Shown here: positions 23,001 through 37,400 of the stretch, in pieces
Layout of the letters: each line of letters begins with the position of its first letter
Numbering within the stretch: the first letter of the stretch is position 1
DNA from: Saccostrea echinata
Taxonomy: Eukaryota
Length of the DNA stretch: 64,000 bases
Direction of reading: 5' to 3'
Assembly: GCF_033153115.1 (NCBI RefSeq)
Contig: NW_026889771.1
Span: 7,006,001 to 7,070,000 of the forward strand
Translations under genes and position numbers: made by a program
The notes under the pieces: generated by a model
Told to the model about the DNA's origin: nothing
The model's input: only the letters and a program-made list of their open reading frames with translations
Database searches by the model: none

Positions 23001-24438
23001 AACCTACTGAGTCATAATTTGAGCAATCTTAGACCTACACGAAGGAAGTCACAATTCTTGGATAAGTGGCGCCAAAGAAGATATCTAATGATGCCCTCTA
23101 ATCTTCAACATTTCTTACTTGTTTCCCTTGGAAAAGGTCTATAAGCTTCGTAGTAAGCTTGATTAAAATTCTGTTGAAGAAATTCAACAAAAAAAATATT
23201 TCAGTAATAAACACATACACACATATACATGTATAAGCCAGAGAAACTCTGATCAGAAAAGCTTATTTTACCCATCAACTTCAGACTTAAAAAATAACAT
23301 TCAGTATATTGCATAGCTTTAAGGTTTTACTCAGCAGTCAGTTTGAGGTATTGTTTTATGCAATACTTTGTAAAATATTAATGTAAGAAAGAAAATTCTA
23401 CATTTTTGTTGATAGCTGAAAAAGACCACATGATAACTACAGATGAAAATATTGAATGACCACTAAACTCTATCATGCAACAACAAAAATTAATGACACA
23501 TGCTGTTATAGACCCCTGCAAAATGAGGGTATATATATGGATGATTTTTATGGAATAAATAGCACCTTGAAAAAAATGTTCCACACATTATGCCTCTTTT
23601 AATACAACCATTAAATAATGCAGTCCTTTTCTATGGTCCACAACAATAACAAAATACTAGTACTATTAAAACAACAATCAAACACAAAGTCAAGTAAAGA
23701 AAAATCTTTTGGCAGCTGTGTTTAAGCTATTTGGCCATCTAGTTCTGTAAGAAACAGGAGGAGATACAACCTTAAATGTAAATATTTCAACCTGCAACAG
23801 TTTTGCTGTTGTTATAATGTACTTCTAAAAAAAATATATCTGAAAAAACAGGAAAAAATGCACAATCAAGTTGTTGTTGTAAATTAAAAAGATATTTTCT
23901 CCTTCATGTTCCTACATTTAAAGCACTAGGGAAAAAATATATCAATATACATACTAAAAAAAAGACAGACTGGCCCAGTAGTCATGTCCTTTGTTCAGAT
24001 TGTTTTTGTGTGCATAAATGGCGATTCAATGGTCATCAGTTCTTCTATCAATGGCTTTGATCTATAAATAACTTTCGTAAAATTGTGCTTTAACTGGTCT
24101 GAACTTTGAATTAGTTTTAATAACTTTTGCATTACTCTCCATCTAAATCATTTGAAAGATTGCTTTAAAGCTTCAGAAAACCTGTTGTAATATTTTTTTT
24201 AAATTAAAAAATACCATTTTCTATTTCATTCTTGGAAAATATACATTATAAAAATACACTACATCAGAATAATCATGATTTATAAATAGACTTAACATTT
24301 ATCAGAGAGTATCTATAATGTTTAACGTTTTATTCTATCGGTGTATATCTTTCTAATGAAAAAAATTTTTTGGCACAGCCTACATGTATCTAGGTAAAAA
24401 ACATAAAGAATAAATAATTCTTCTCATTAAGACATCTT

Positions 24439-25451
24439 CTACTCATAGATGATGACTTCACCATCGGAAGAATCTGAGTCTTCCTCCACCTCACTTTCAC
24501 TACTAGAGGTGTCCTGGTTTTCTCTGATTGGCAGCAGAATTTTCTCTGGGAGATCTTCATGTTCATCCTTCTTCTCCTCTTCAACTTTCTCTTCCTTCGG
24601 CGGTGGGACATTGACATATTTGTGTGTTGTAAGGAAGGTACTCTCCTCCTTTGAGACTGTCTCATCTTTTGTGCTGGAGGGTGATGGTTCTGGAACATCC
24701 TCAGTATCTGTCCCCTGCTCTGGGATGGACAAAGACAATTTCTGGTCACATCTTTTCAAACTGTCTACACGGGACATTTTGTGCTCTTGACCAGCTCTTT
24801 GAATGGCAATGGTGGCTTGCATGTCAATCATGGCATATTCAATGGAAGTAGACTTCTGCATTTTAAGGGACTTTTGGGAAGATTTTCTGCTTTTACGAGT
24901 GGGCTTGTCACGAAGGTCAATCTCAGCATAATTTAACTGACGTTCTAGTTGCTCTGCTGGAAGAGAAAGTGACTGTGAAAATGGGGGTGATGAAGGTGGC
25001 GTCAGGTCAATGTTCATGTATGACATTTTGTGAGAACCAGTTCTTTCTGAAAATTTTGAGTGCATACTCTCTGAACGAGAAAACTTTGGTAAATTGGGAG
25101 AATCTCTTTCCCTACTGAAAGAGCTGAACTGGGACACTTGATCAAAAGTAAACACACTGGAATTCACCGAGGGAGAATGGGGAGTTTGTGAGGGACTAGA
25201 ACTGAGACTTTCATTAAGTGGTCGCTTCCTCTCCAAAACTATGTAGCAATTGCCTGCTCTTGGTCTCATATAAGTGTAGGCTGGACTATTCCGTAATGCA
25301 CTCTCACTGCTAACACTGTCAGAATAGGAAGACAGTGAAATTTCATCATCAGAGGGGCTGTCATGGTCTAACTCTACAACTACTGCTGTGGATCTAGATT
25401 CCTGGTCCTCCACAGTGCTGCTAACAGATGCAGGTGATCCTTCCTTCACTG
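24439..25451 (-). CDS. DOK7: Dok-7-like terminal exon 8 (Ser-rich, tandem pTyr motif, acidic tail)
   Basis: Acceptor TTGTAG| at 25452, phase 1. Open to TAG at 24439. Contains LNYAEIDL and IEYAMIDMQAT. Confidence 0.85.
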
Positions 25452-28400
25452 CTACAATTAGAATTCATTAATATAAATAGATATTCATCAACATTTAATA
25501 TATCTCAAGACTTCCAAATACATTGAATAAAACATTATTACAATAGAACACAATATCAAATTGAAATTTTAAAAAGAAGGGACTTATGGATAAAATGACA
25601 TACCTTGTCTTGGCACCCATACCGATTCTTCTGCTTCTTCTCCAGGTTTAACATCATCTTGGTCACTGGGAGCAATCAGAGCATAGCTGTGCTCTGATCT
25701 GAATGAGGAAACACTCTTATTATCTAAAGTATTATCATCTTTCCAGACTTCCTCTTTCCCAAGAGAAGGGGCACTTTCCAAAACGGGGGACAATGCAGAA
25801 GATGGGTAGCTCTTTTGCTTTGGAGGTATAAATGGTGGTAATGAAGCTACATACTTTGCGATGGCTGCTGCTTCCTCATAGGGTGAAAAAGCCTTTTTGG
25901 GACACATATTCAACTTAAAATCATCAGATTTCAATGAATTAGTTTTTTCAGAATCTGTGTCCCCATAGTAGTCCTTCACCTTTGAATATTTCATGAGGTC
26001 AATTAATTTTTCATCATCTGTTTTGCTAGAGGTCTGACACAGTGGCATTTTATAAGAAGGCTCATCCACTCTTAAAACTGTAAAAATTCCCATCTCCTGT
26101 GTTTTGCGAAATTTTTGAAAAGATTTTGGAGACAAACACTTTCCCTCTGATTTATTTTTTGATGCTGATTCCTCTGAATCTGTCTGTCCATCACAAGGTC
26201 CTGTGTACCCAGTTCTATTAGTAGAACTGGATTCACAACTTTCTGTGTCCTTTGTCTGTGCTGACTGCTTTGGTCCAATCAAGTGACTGTGTTCATCAGT
26301 GGTCCCATTGGAGTAAAATGAATCTTGTGAAGTTTGATGAAAATTGTCTTTGGAAGCATTCAAGTTCATTTCCATAAAACTAGACCTGTTTGGAAAGCTA
26401 GAGGATCGTCTTCTTTCCATTATTTCAGTCTGACTTTGACCACCACTGCTACTGTTTGTAGAAGCTACACTTGATGTTGAAATGTCCTTCCCATTTGTAT
26501 TATCTCTGCTGACATAAATGTTGGATAGGGTTTTGTCTAGGCAACTTTCACTTGAACTTGAGTTCAAAAGATTTTCTTGACTCTGAGACATGCTTTTCCT
26601 GTTCCCTGAATTTCTACGTATCAATCTTGTTAGAAATCCGGGACTTTTTCCTGAATTTTCAGTACTTTTTTCACTATTTATAGATTGCACTGATGTTGCA
26701 CTGGCACTTTTATGAACATCCTGAGAACTTGTTAGATTATTGTGTTTCTGAAAGTTGATCAAGTTTGGGAAAGGCAAAGAAGACTTCCCCTTCAAGATTT
26801 CTTTGGTATTTTCATCAGATGTATTTTGTTTTGATGGTTCTTCTTCAGAATTGCGTCTGGAGATTTTTGGTGAAGCCGAGGAGTCGTCACCCTCAACGAC
26901 AGAGTCTCTAATTGCTGGGGTATTGCTTACAAAACTTTTCAGGGACTGTAGGTTTTCGAGCACAGATTTCTTTGGACTAGTGAGATGATGCATAAGTAAG
27001 TAGTTTTCCTCTCTGACTGGTGTATTTGGAGTGTCAGTTAAACTGAGTGAATGCTGAAACACTGGTCTGGAGAATAGATTTTCAGAGATAGAGGAAGCAC
27101 TGCTGGATCTTGTGTACACTTTTTGAGGAGAGGATTTACAAGATTCTACCTCATCTTTGGATTTCATTGTCACCCTTTCATCTTCGAACATTCCACTCAT
27201 ATCCATATACCCACAAGTGTCATCAGGGTTTAGATTTTCCTTCCCAGCTGCAGAAGGAGATCGTTTAGGCAGCCTCACTTTCAGTGGCCCATCCTTATAA
27301 TCAGACAGCTCTGATGAACTTCCTCTTGGTGTATGCAGTCCCACTTCAGATCGTCTTCTGCTGCTTGGTGATGAATCAACTCCAGCCATTAAGAAGTAAT
27401 TTTGCTCTCTTTTTGGATTCATTACTGGGTTAATGCCTTGTCGTGGACTTGAATATTGTGAGGAATACTTGTTTCTTTTAGTCAGATGAGCTCTGTGCCT
27501 GCCTGGAGGAACAGGAGGTGGACAAAGGGGTCTACTCTTACTCAGAAGAGCTGGTCCTTTAGGAGGCAGTGCTGGTGGTTGTAAAGAAGCTTCTATGGCA
27601 GCATAGTCATTTGCGTAAATGCACTCTGTGTTTGCATAGTTTGATTCAGGGAGATCAATAGAAATTTTATGAGATTCTCTATCAGTCCTTTTCCCATAAC
27701 CCATCTTAGCTTTGGTGCTCGTGAGATCTTTAGGAGATTTTGATTCACTGTCATAACTTCTCTGGGAGATGATACTGCAGGTGTCATCATCTGACTGATT
27801 CCTAACATACACATGACATTTATCCACCTGTACACCTCCATCATACTTGTCCAAGTTGACATAAGGAAGAGGAGCAGACATTTTGGAATGAGAGGGTATT
27901 TTGCGTAACCTTGACACCAGATTGGGACTCAACAACACACTGTCTGAATAACCTGAAATACTACCCTGTGAACTTATGGTAGAGTATCGATCATTTCGGG
28001 GACTGAGTGTGGCACGGCGGTAATTTTTGGACTTTTTCCTAGGTAAAGGTGGTGGTTTTTCTTTCAGGACATCCTGGTTTTTCCCTGAAGGCTTTTCTTT
28101 TACACCCTGGAATAAAATACATGTAATGTTAAAAGTATTTAAAAATTAAAATTCTTTCTGAATGCTGTGACAATGCATCGATATCTTTTGTCTGAAGGTT
28201 CAATAACTTTGATAATTTAAATATCAATTTCTTATAAATATGAAATATATAATTTGACATCAATGGTGCAAGTCCAAACAATTTATTCATATTGCATATT
28301 AAGCAGAAAAGTTATAGTTGTCATTTGTAGATTCAGTTTATGACTTGTGACTTAGCCTAAACTACACTTCATTTTAAAAAGGCAATATAATAAGAATACA

Positions 28401-31400
28401 AACAGTTAATATTTTAATGGTACAAGGAAAGTGCTTATGCAAGTAGCTACTTTTGAAATCAAACATGTTACTTGCTAATTTTTTTTAAACTTCTGCCACA
28501 TGCAGTTTCTTTTAATTCTGCTTACCTTCATGATTTCTTCTAACAGGCTTATCTCCCTTTGTAGCTCTTGCTCTGACTTTTGAAGATTTTCAAGCTCTAG
28601 CCTCCTACAACTCTCCGACTCCTCCTCAATTCTAGATGGCACTGAGGTAACAGACAATGACTTGCTGTCCTCACGATTACAGCTATAAACACCATAGCCA
28701 CAAAGGGAGGGAGCACTGGCCGACACTTTCACCATCTGTCCCAGAGTGGACATAGAATTGTCCCCCGAGGATATACTCATCTGAGAATCGGAACTCGGTC
28801 CACTAGCAGAGCTCATACAGGCCTCAGTCTCAATCCACTGTTCAATTCTGTTGTCTACACATTCTTTGCTGAGTTTATGAGACAAAATATTTGAGACATT
28901 TTTAACTTCCTGAGAGTTTGGAGATAAGAAATGGGCTGGCTGTTGAAAATGTTTGGTATTAAGATATAGACTACAATTATCCACTTTCCTTACACGGCTA
29001 GGAGGTACATCATACAGCAAGTATTTAAAGTATTTTCTTTTCTCTGATTCTAGTTCATTTTTGTATTTCAGGAGCTTTTCATTGTAAGCAGATGCATGGG
29101 AAAAATCAGTAAAACTCAGAGAGTGGCGCTTGGATCTCTTATCATCCAGGTAGGATTGTTCTCCAGCAGTTGTCCAGCTTTGGAAGTCTCTGAACTGGTT
29201 GTTGTCATTAAAAGAACTGCTGACGGGCTCCAAATGGTAGTCACACAGTTGAGATCCTACAGAGAGCAAAATAAGACTAATCTTAGGGAAAAAACCTTTT
29301 ACTTGAATAAATTATTCTCCAAGTCATACGAAGCTATTCAGCATGACACTGGCAATTTAAAGTTATGTAACTAAAAACATCAGTGTTAAATCTGTGATTT
29401 TTAAAACATATATTGAATTCTTTTATAATAAACTTTTTAACTTCAAGAAAATCATAAAATTATGTGAACAATTTACGAAAAAAATTTGTTTCAATATTAG
29501 CCCACAATATAAATAAAATGTACTTTTCACCAACAATTACCAAAGGCAACGAATAATTTCTAACACCTACTTCTTTTAATGGATTTCCTACAGCTGGCAG
29601 TCTTTCCCTGGCTCGCTAGGCTGACAATTTCATTAATCAATTCAGCTTGTTCTGAGGAGATAGCATGAACTCCTGCCCCTTTAACAAATTTAAAAAAAAA
29701 TACAATTTGTCTTATCTCTGAAAAAAAATGATGTTGATAAATATACATGACGAAAGCTTTAAAATGCTTTAATTTGAGGCCAATAAAATACATCATTACA
29801 GTTAACATGTCAACTCATTTGGTGTACATCAATCCAAAAATAATATAAACCTAAGTATGTGGTACATGCACGTATGTATAATGGATTAATGCTACATGAT
29901 TGAAGAAATACAAATTTTTCCCAACCTTTTCCACAGTTAGATCCTCCTTCAAATATGAACTTTTTTTCTACCACGCCAAATCTTCGTAAATCTGAGATCT
30001 GCCAGGCAGCCAAGACTTTTGGAGGGATTCCGTTCGTCAGGCAGAACTTCTGACCATGAATGTGCATTCGGAGAAAGTCCAAAGGGAGCTTACTGTTGTT
30101 GGGGACATTAGTAACTTGTACTTTAAACTGGTCCTCTACAAAATCAAAGCAAAATATATAGAAATTTCTTATGAATTTTTCTCCATCCCTTGAGCAATGA
30201 GAACATTTACAGCAAACAAAAAACAAAACAAAAAAAAAACAATGCTTATATCAAATGTTGAAGGATGAAAGTCATCATCATATAAAGAATTCTTTTAAAG
30301 ACAGCTTCCCTACAAAGTATAAGACTTGCCTTGTTACTGTCATAAAATTATTAAGGACAGCTCCAGCTTTATATATATATATATGACTGTGTGCTACCTC
30401 AATGCACTAGATTTAATATGGCATGGTACAACCAATAAATCTGCACTTTTTATACGATAATGTAATTGAGGATGTTTTTCAATTCATAAAACAAATTTAG
30501 CTGTGCACTTTTTTGATTCTAATGATATGTCATACTTTTAAGAAGGAAAAGCACTTAATTTTATTTCGATATAAACAGCTCCAGTATGCCATTTCTAATC
30601 TTTCTCACAAGACACATCCTGTTATTTTTGTGAATGAATCTCCAGTTCTATTTGCTTTTTAAGATTTCTTCCCTGTGACTCTGCACTTATAGAAGAGTAC
30701 AGAAGACACAACATCACAAGGTCATTTGCTATTGTGTGAACAGTTAATCTGTCAACTTTCTGTTGTGTTTCCTGTGAGCAATACTTCTAAGAGCAACAAG
30801 AGACATCTTTAGAAACACTTGACATCTTGTATATTTCAATACTGCTTTTTGAAAATAAACTGTCAAATTCAGCATATGCTGTAACAAGTACTCATACATA
30901 TAAAATGTCCTAAAAGATATATTTTGAATTATAAAAAAATGAGTATTTTACTTTAAATTAATTCATAACAGAAATTCCAAACTTTTGATACCTTCCCCAA
31001 GACTTCTTCTGATCTTGATCTCGAACTGTATCAGGTTATCCCTGTTTTCAAAAGAAAAGAGTGTGATTTGTTTCTGACAGATGATGGCTAAGACATTGGC
31101 CTCCTTGTCGTAGCTGAACCCTGTCTCCACACCAAAAAACCCTTCCAGATTAAAGTTCGTTTTGGGCTGTCGCTTGTGGACATCCTTAACATCCACCTTA
31201 TATAGCTGTACATTGAGCTGATCTGAAAAACATAATCAACATTTGGTCACAGATTTAGTGATTTGTGTGTGTCGAGTCACGTCTTTTGTGTGTACAAACA
31301 TCATGTTTCTTTGTTTTTGTGTCTGAAAGTTATCCTGTTTGTGTTTGAGATGAAAATTTATTGTTTTTAAAGATAAAAAACAACTTAAGTGGGAGAAAGA

Positions 31401-34400
31401 AATCATGAATCAGTTAATGTTCAACATAGCGGTTTTTTTTTCCTTTGAGTGATTTTGGATGATTCAGGCCCTCTAATTAAACCATCAAAACATAAGCTAG
31501 GTGAGGTAAGCCAAATACAAAAAGCTAATTTTCCTCTACAAGAAGTCTTTGGCATCTTACATGTATATGATCTATAAATGGATCTAAATTCCATTTCTAG
31601 TTCATATTAAGTGATTATTATAATACATCTTTCAGCCAGGACTTGCATAAAACTTTTCAACTTTATCTTGATGAATCATAATAAAACTTTTAATACAAGA
31701 CAAACACAAAGATCTCCCCTTCATGTATAAAACTAATGTAGAATTTAAAATTTATTTAGGAATTTGAAAAATTCTTCATGTAGCATTAATTTTACCCTCT
31801 TGGGTTGAGAAACAAAAATTGCTATCCAGATGTATTTCAGAGTGCACTTCATGCATGTTCATTCATGTGTGGAAAAACAATTAGATAATTGCTGTTTTCC
31901 CATAATCACTTAGCAAAAGATAAACCATCTTAACACAGGCTATTAGCCCGCTTGACCTCCTGCATGTCCCATTAGTCTTTGAACATCAAAAGCAGAATTC
32001 AACCAACAAAACTCTTCTTGCATATCAATTAAAGGAAGCCAAAACCAGCAGATTATCTTCATCTCCTATTAGAATGAATACTCTTAATGTGACTCATAAG
32101 CTTTTTTAAATGAAGATAGATAAAAAACTTAATCAAGGGAAAGATCTAGCTACAAAAATCATGACCCACTTAAACTTGGTCAGAAAATCTGCCTTCAAAA
32201 AGATGGGATGCTCTCTAAAATATTAAAACTTGGGAACATCTGGAAAACTTAAAAAAGTATTCTGTAACTAGTCTGTGTGGTTTAATTGGCCTAAAACTCA
32301 GGGCTCAGTGAAATAGATCTGAGTGCCTGTTGATGCTTTAGAAGCAGTTGTCTAGCACAGCAAGCCACCCTTGTACACCTATTTTTTCTCTCCCTCGGTT
32401 CTGGTTTGTGGCTCTTTCAACACAAGGTATTGTACCAGAGCTCATTTCTTTGTTGTTAACATAAACATCTCCAATGAAGAAGTTTAAAGGTTTTAACAGT
32501 TCATTTCTTTACACCGTACCTGGCTGTTTTCTTTTTGAAGAACTCTGTGATAAATCACTACAATTATTGTCAAGACTGGAGCATATGTAAACTCGGGTAG
32601 AGCAAACCATAACTTAGGATGACATGCAACGACATAAAAAAAAAAATCAAATGCAATGTTTCTGCAAGACTTAAATGCAGCGATATGAACAGCTCAGATG
32701 AATAATAAAAAGAACATTTATGCAGATCTTCAATAAAACTGGCACATTCACACACAATGAAAAACCTGTATAGCATTCCCATGGTGTAGGATTTCAATGG
32801 GGTATACAGATTTTAATCAATTTTTTTTCTTTCTTTTCAACTGCTTCAAGTTTTCACTTAAAACGAACCCACTGCTCATAGAGCTCAGAGCAAAAAAAAA
32901 CTTATCTAACAACTGTATGCTGAATGATTTTAAATAAACCTGGCAATGTATTGTTCAATTACTTCAATAACATATTAATTTGAAGTAATCAAGTACAAAG
33001 TACTGGGGTGTATAGCTCTGACATTTAAAATGTACAGGTTATGTGTGCAAATAGTGAAATCCATGTATGATTTTTTTTGTTTTTCATAATTTGAACTTCT
33101 AGTCTATTTCTCTTAACAGAGGACATTTTTTTTCTGATTTCAAGCAGGAACATTGAATATATATCCTGGACTAGGGGCCTTAAACATTTTTAAATAAAAA
33201 CCAGAAGTGCAGTATGTTAAAAGAGGTGACAATTTGGTGTACTTTACAGAGTACACAAAACAGTATATGGGCTGATCTTCTGCCAGACAAAAACACTGTC
33301 AATAACAGACCTTCGCTTCTTATCAACAGACATCTTAATCAGCCATTCTTCTGGCAATCATGATATTGTATACAGATACCAAACCTATTTACAAAAGCTA
33401 AAATATCAGTGAGTAAGCTGCATTAGATTATTAAATGGAATGGCTATCAGAAATTATATGAAAGATAGCTGGCCACATTGTCTTTCCTGAATCATGTTTG
33501 TGCTGAATCAATGTATATAGTTTTTTTTTTCCATGAACCAATCAAAAAATATAAATTGAATAGTCAAATAAAAAATCTGATTAAATGGTAAATACATTCC
33601 TTTTAACATGCATGCATTAAATACATACTTAAAAATTGTAAAGTATTTCAGATAATGAAATTGTGAACATTGAGAGGTTATAATTGTGCAGTTTTTGAAT
33701 AGTCAATATTAATTGTGCAATAAGGTGCACTGTGTAACTTTTATGTTGTGTACATTAATAACAGCTAGATATATTAAGTGCACTGGATAATCATGCGCTT
33801 TGTTGATGTAACCTTGACATTTTAACAATGAACTTTTTGAAATTTTTATCAGATATAAGGTTTATCATATATATATATTTCAAATTCTTAAAATTGCTGA
33901 AATAATAGAATGTCTACTTAATTAGAAAAAAAAATGAAATAGATGTTTTGACATATGACATATATTTAGCATGTTTATAACTGATAAAGGTATCACAGAG
34001 CTCCTATTGTCTGGTAAAGATTAAACATCAGCCTAATTTATGTATGTTCAACAGCCCCTATCCATCATTTGATACATTACATATGTATAGATCATAAAAA
34101 AAAAATATGCACACACATTCCTTTACATCTATAGCAAAATGCAGGCAGAAATTGTATCTTAAATCAAAGACAAAATAATAATATAAAAAGAACGGAATCC
34201 TGCTCAGGGCAGAATCTGTGTTAAATAAATTCACTTTTGACAAGATTATTGCATTCTGCAGTATAAAGAAAAATAATTGCATATTTGAGCCATGATATCA
34301 TTGCATACAAGACAAGATGGGAAAAAATAGCATCCATTTAGCATGACAGGCATTCCAAAGTGTTCAGATTTATAACAAAACATTGCTCATCTGTTCCATG

Positions 34401-37400
34401 CTAATACAAAACAAATGATTTCCGAGACAGGAAATGCCTTATACAAATTACATGAGTTCCTTCATTTCCAAGGCATTCACTTTACAAATAGCACAAAAGA
34501 CATCAAAAAGAAAGATGGTGCAAAAATAAGACAACAGCAAATTTTTTAACACTTAAGGCACACAATATATGTTGTTTATAATGATACTTTAATCTCCTAA
34601 AACTGACCAAAGGTATTACTATATTTGCCCCAAAAAATACCCAGAACACTTGAAAAATTGAGAAATGGGCACCAATTAGGTCCAAATTTCATAATGAGCG
34701 TTTGTGCTAAAGAAAAAGTATATACTGAACATGATATATATAACTGTTTTTTCATAATAATTTTATTATCAAAACCATTTCATTTTAGAGTAAATTGAAT
34801 AAAACAAGAATTAAGTTTGATATTTATTGATGATATTAAAACTTAAAGTGAATAAAAACCACACTCACAAAAATTGTCGTTTTTTTGGAAACTTTTTCAT
34901 TCAATACTATACACTACTGCAGCACAGCAGTTTAACTGCAAGAGACTTTGTAATATATCTTTTCTTTCGACAGATTTTGACATTAATTATTTGATAAAGG
35001 ATTCCCAGACCTCATAATGCAATAATGAATTCCAGACAGAAGAAAAACCCTCACACCATTTTTATACTTTTCTTCTGGGCCGCATCATTCTGATGAAGCC
35101 CAGGTAAATTTGACATTAAATACTTCATTAATCACCTTGTATACGCCAATAACATCAATAAATACTAAACTTTTTTGCATCTTAAATTTTCCAAGTTTCA
35201 GAATTTCACAACCCCACCCAAGCTATTAATCCTTAGCATTTAATAAAATCTTTCGGAATTCATACAGAATGTGCATCACGTTTTTTTTAAAGACAATCTA
35301 TTTTAGCAATACATGCCCTCCCTCCTGAAAGATCTACTATTTTGACACCCTTTTTTTCAGTCGTAAATGTTTTCTAGATCTATACACCCAAACAAAAATT
35401 CTTGACTTGGTATTTCAGAATCTTGCCATTCTGACAATCTGCCTCACACTAACTTCAGTTACATATAGGTCACATCATTTTCATTATCTTCAAAATGAAC
35501 TACAAGATAAATAGAAGCAGCTTCTACAAGGCAAAGTTCATCTTTCTAACTGGTTTTTTGACTACTGGGGGTCTCCGTGTATCAGAATCACTGAACATTT
35601 GCTGGTGTATCAGCAGGAACCAAGAGATAATCAGTGTGTGAATATTACAAAAAATAACAAACATTCTCATCATTAGTTCATTCATATAGAAATAATATGA
35701 AACATCCTACTAGGCTCCTAGTGCACAGGACACTTTACTATCAAAATGCATGCCGTGATTAAACATGCTGCATTTGTGAATACATTTCCACTGGATAGTA
35801 TACACACTATGCCATTAATACTAAGTTCAATCTTTTTTGTTTTTGCAATTTAAAACTGTTTGACTTCATATACCGGTATTTTGCTCCAATTTTGTCCATG
35901 TCTTATGAGTACAATAGTGCATGAGCATAACAATTCAGCATTTTGACATGGTTGATTTGACTATCAACTTTTTTTTATATATAATGATTGATCACTCTGT
36001 GATTTATATATAACCTACCATTTAGATCTAAGAACAGGCCAGATTAAATTGTGTGCCACCTTGGAATAGAAATCAATATACATGTATGGCCTATGAAGAT
36101 CTGTTAATCCAACTAACTCACCCTTGTCCATTTCATTTTATCTATTAAAGCTATATATGGTGTATCTAAGCTTAAAAAAATAAAAATATGAGATTGAGTG
36201 TAGATGAACATGATATTTGTTATCTATGTTCAAATTAAAATTTTCACTGATTTTGAACTTGAATAACCACACGTTTCTATTGTTAAATTGACTTTAAACT
36301 GTGTCTGATCTTTAAATGCGGAGTCAGTAAATAAATCGGTTATTGTTTTAAATTTCTAATATCTATGAAACACGATTGATTTAAATTGTGTAATTTACAG
36401 GAAAGTCCTATCTTTATACAAAGTAATAAAACAAATAGAAAGATTCTTTTTAATTTTAGCTAGTCTCAATAGTCTGAACTTATCAAAAATACACCATATA
36501 TGACTTTAATTATGGTGTCAAACTATCAATGTCTTAGATGTTTGAAATTCACTAAACATGATAAATTTGGAAATTTTGACCAAAAAAGTGATTTGACAAT
36601 TTACAACAGTTTTCGAAAATATTTTGGGAACTGATGTGTGAAGAAATTTACAAATAAAATGTTGATAATGGGATAGGATGGTTCATAACCCCTTTCTGTA
36701 TTCAACAGTTAATTCTTTAAATGAAATGGAAATGCACTTCACTTAACCTTCCTCATCAAAGTGAATTTATTATTCCATTAAAAAAAATGACAAATTAATG
36801 TTTGATCTTTGAAATCCAGGCAGTCAAACTTAGCTGGCATGCAGCATTTATCCCAAAATCAGCAGATATTTTCAGCTTTCTTATGTATATAAACATGCAA
36901 TTATTTAACCACAGAACCACCCAAATTTATCAAGCATATTACACTCATTCAGGATATACAGGTATATATATATAATTATAATATGCAGTTTTCTAAAATT
37001 CAGATTTTTTTAGATTTGTTGACAAAGTTGATCAATTTAAAAACATTTCATGAATTTTATCTCAGCAAACATCTTAGTAAAAATTCATCAATCAAACTTT
37101 TTTCATGAAAAAGTGATTGCCTGCGTTCATGATGATTCAATAAAAATCAAATCTACTGAAGTCATTTTTCTAGGGAAAAAGGAAACTTTTGTGGTTTAAG
37201 AGCTGGTAAAATCAAACTGAAGCATGACAATCCGTGTGCTTCAAAATTCTGATTTCTACCTTTTTGAAACAACACTTTTATCCCTTTCTTGCAATATTCA
37301 CTACTGAAACTACAAAGAAATTGAAAGCATTTTCTTGTGTATCATCCTCCCAACCAAAAATATTCTCTTGTATACATAAAAAGTGGATAAGGGGAATCAT

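Noticed and set aside
24390-27862. Overlapping alternative-frame and antisense ORFs within the Dok-7-like exons
   Set aside because: Expected shadows of long, low-complexity coding exons.
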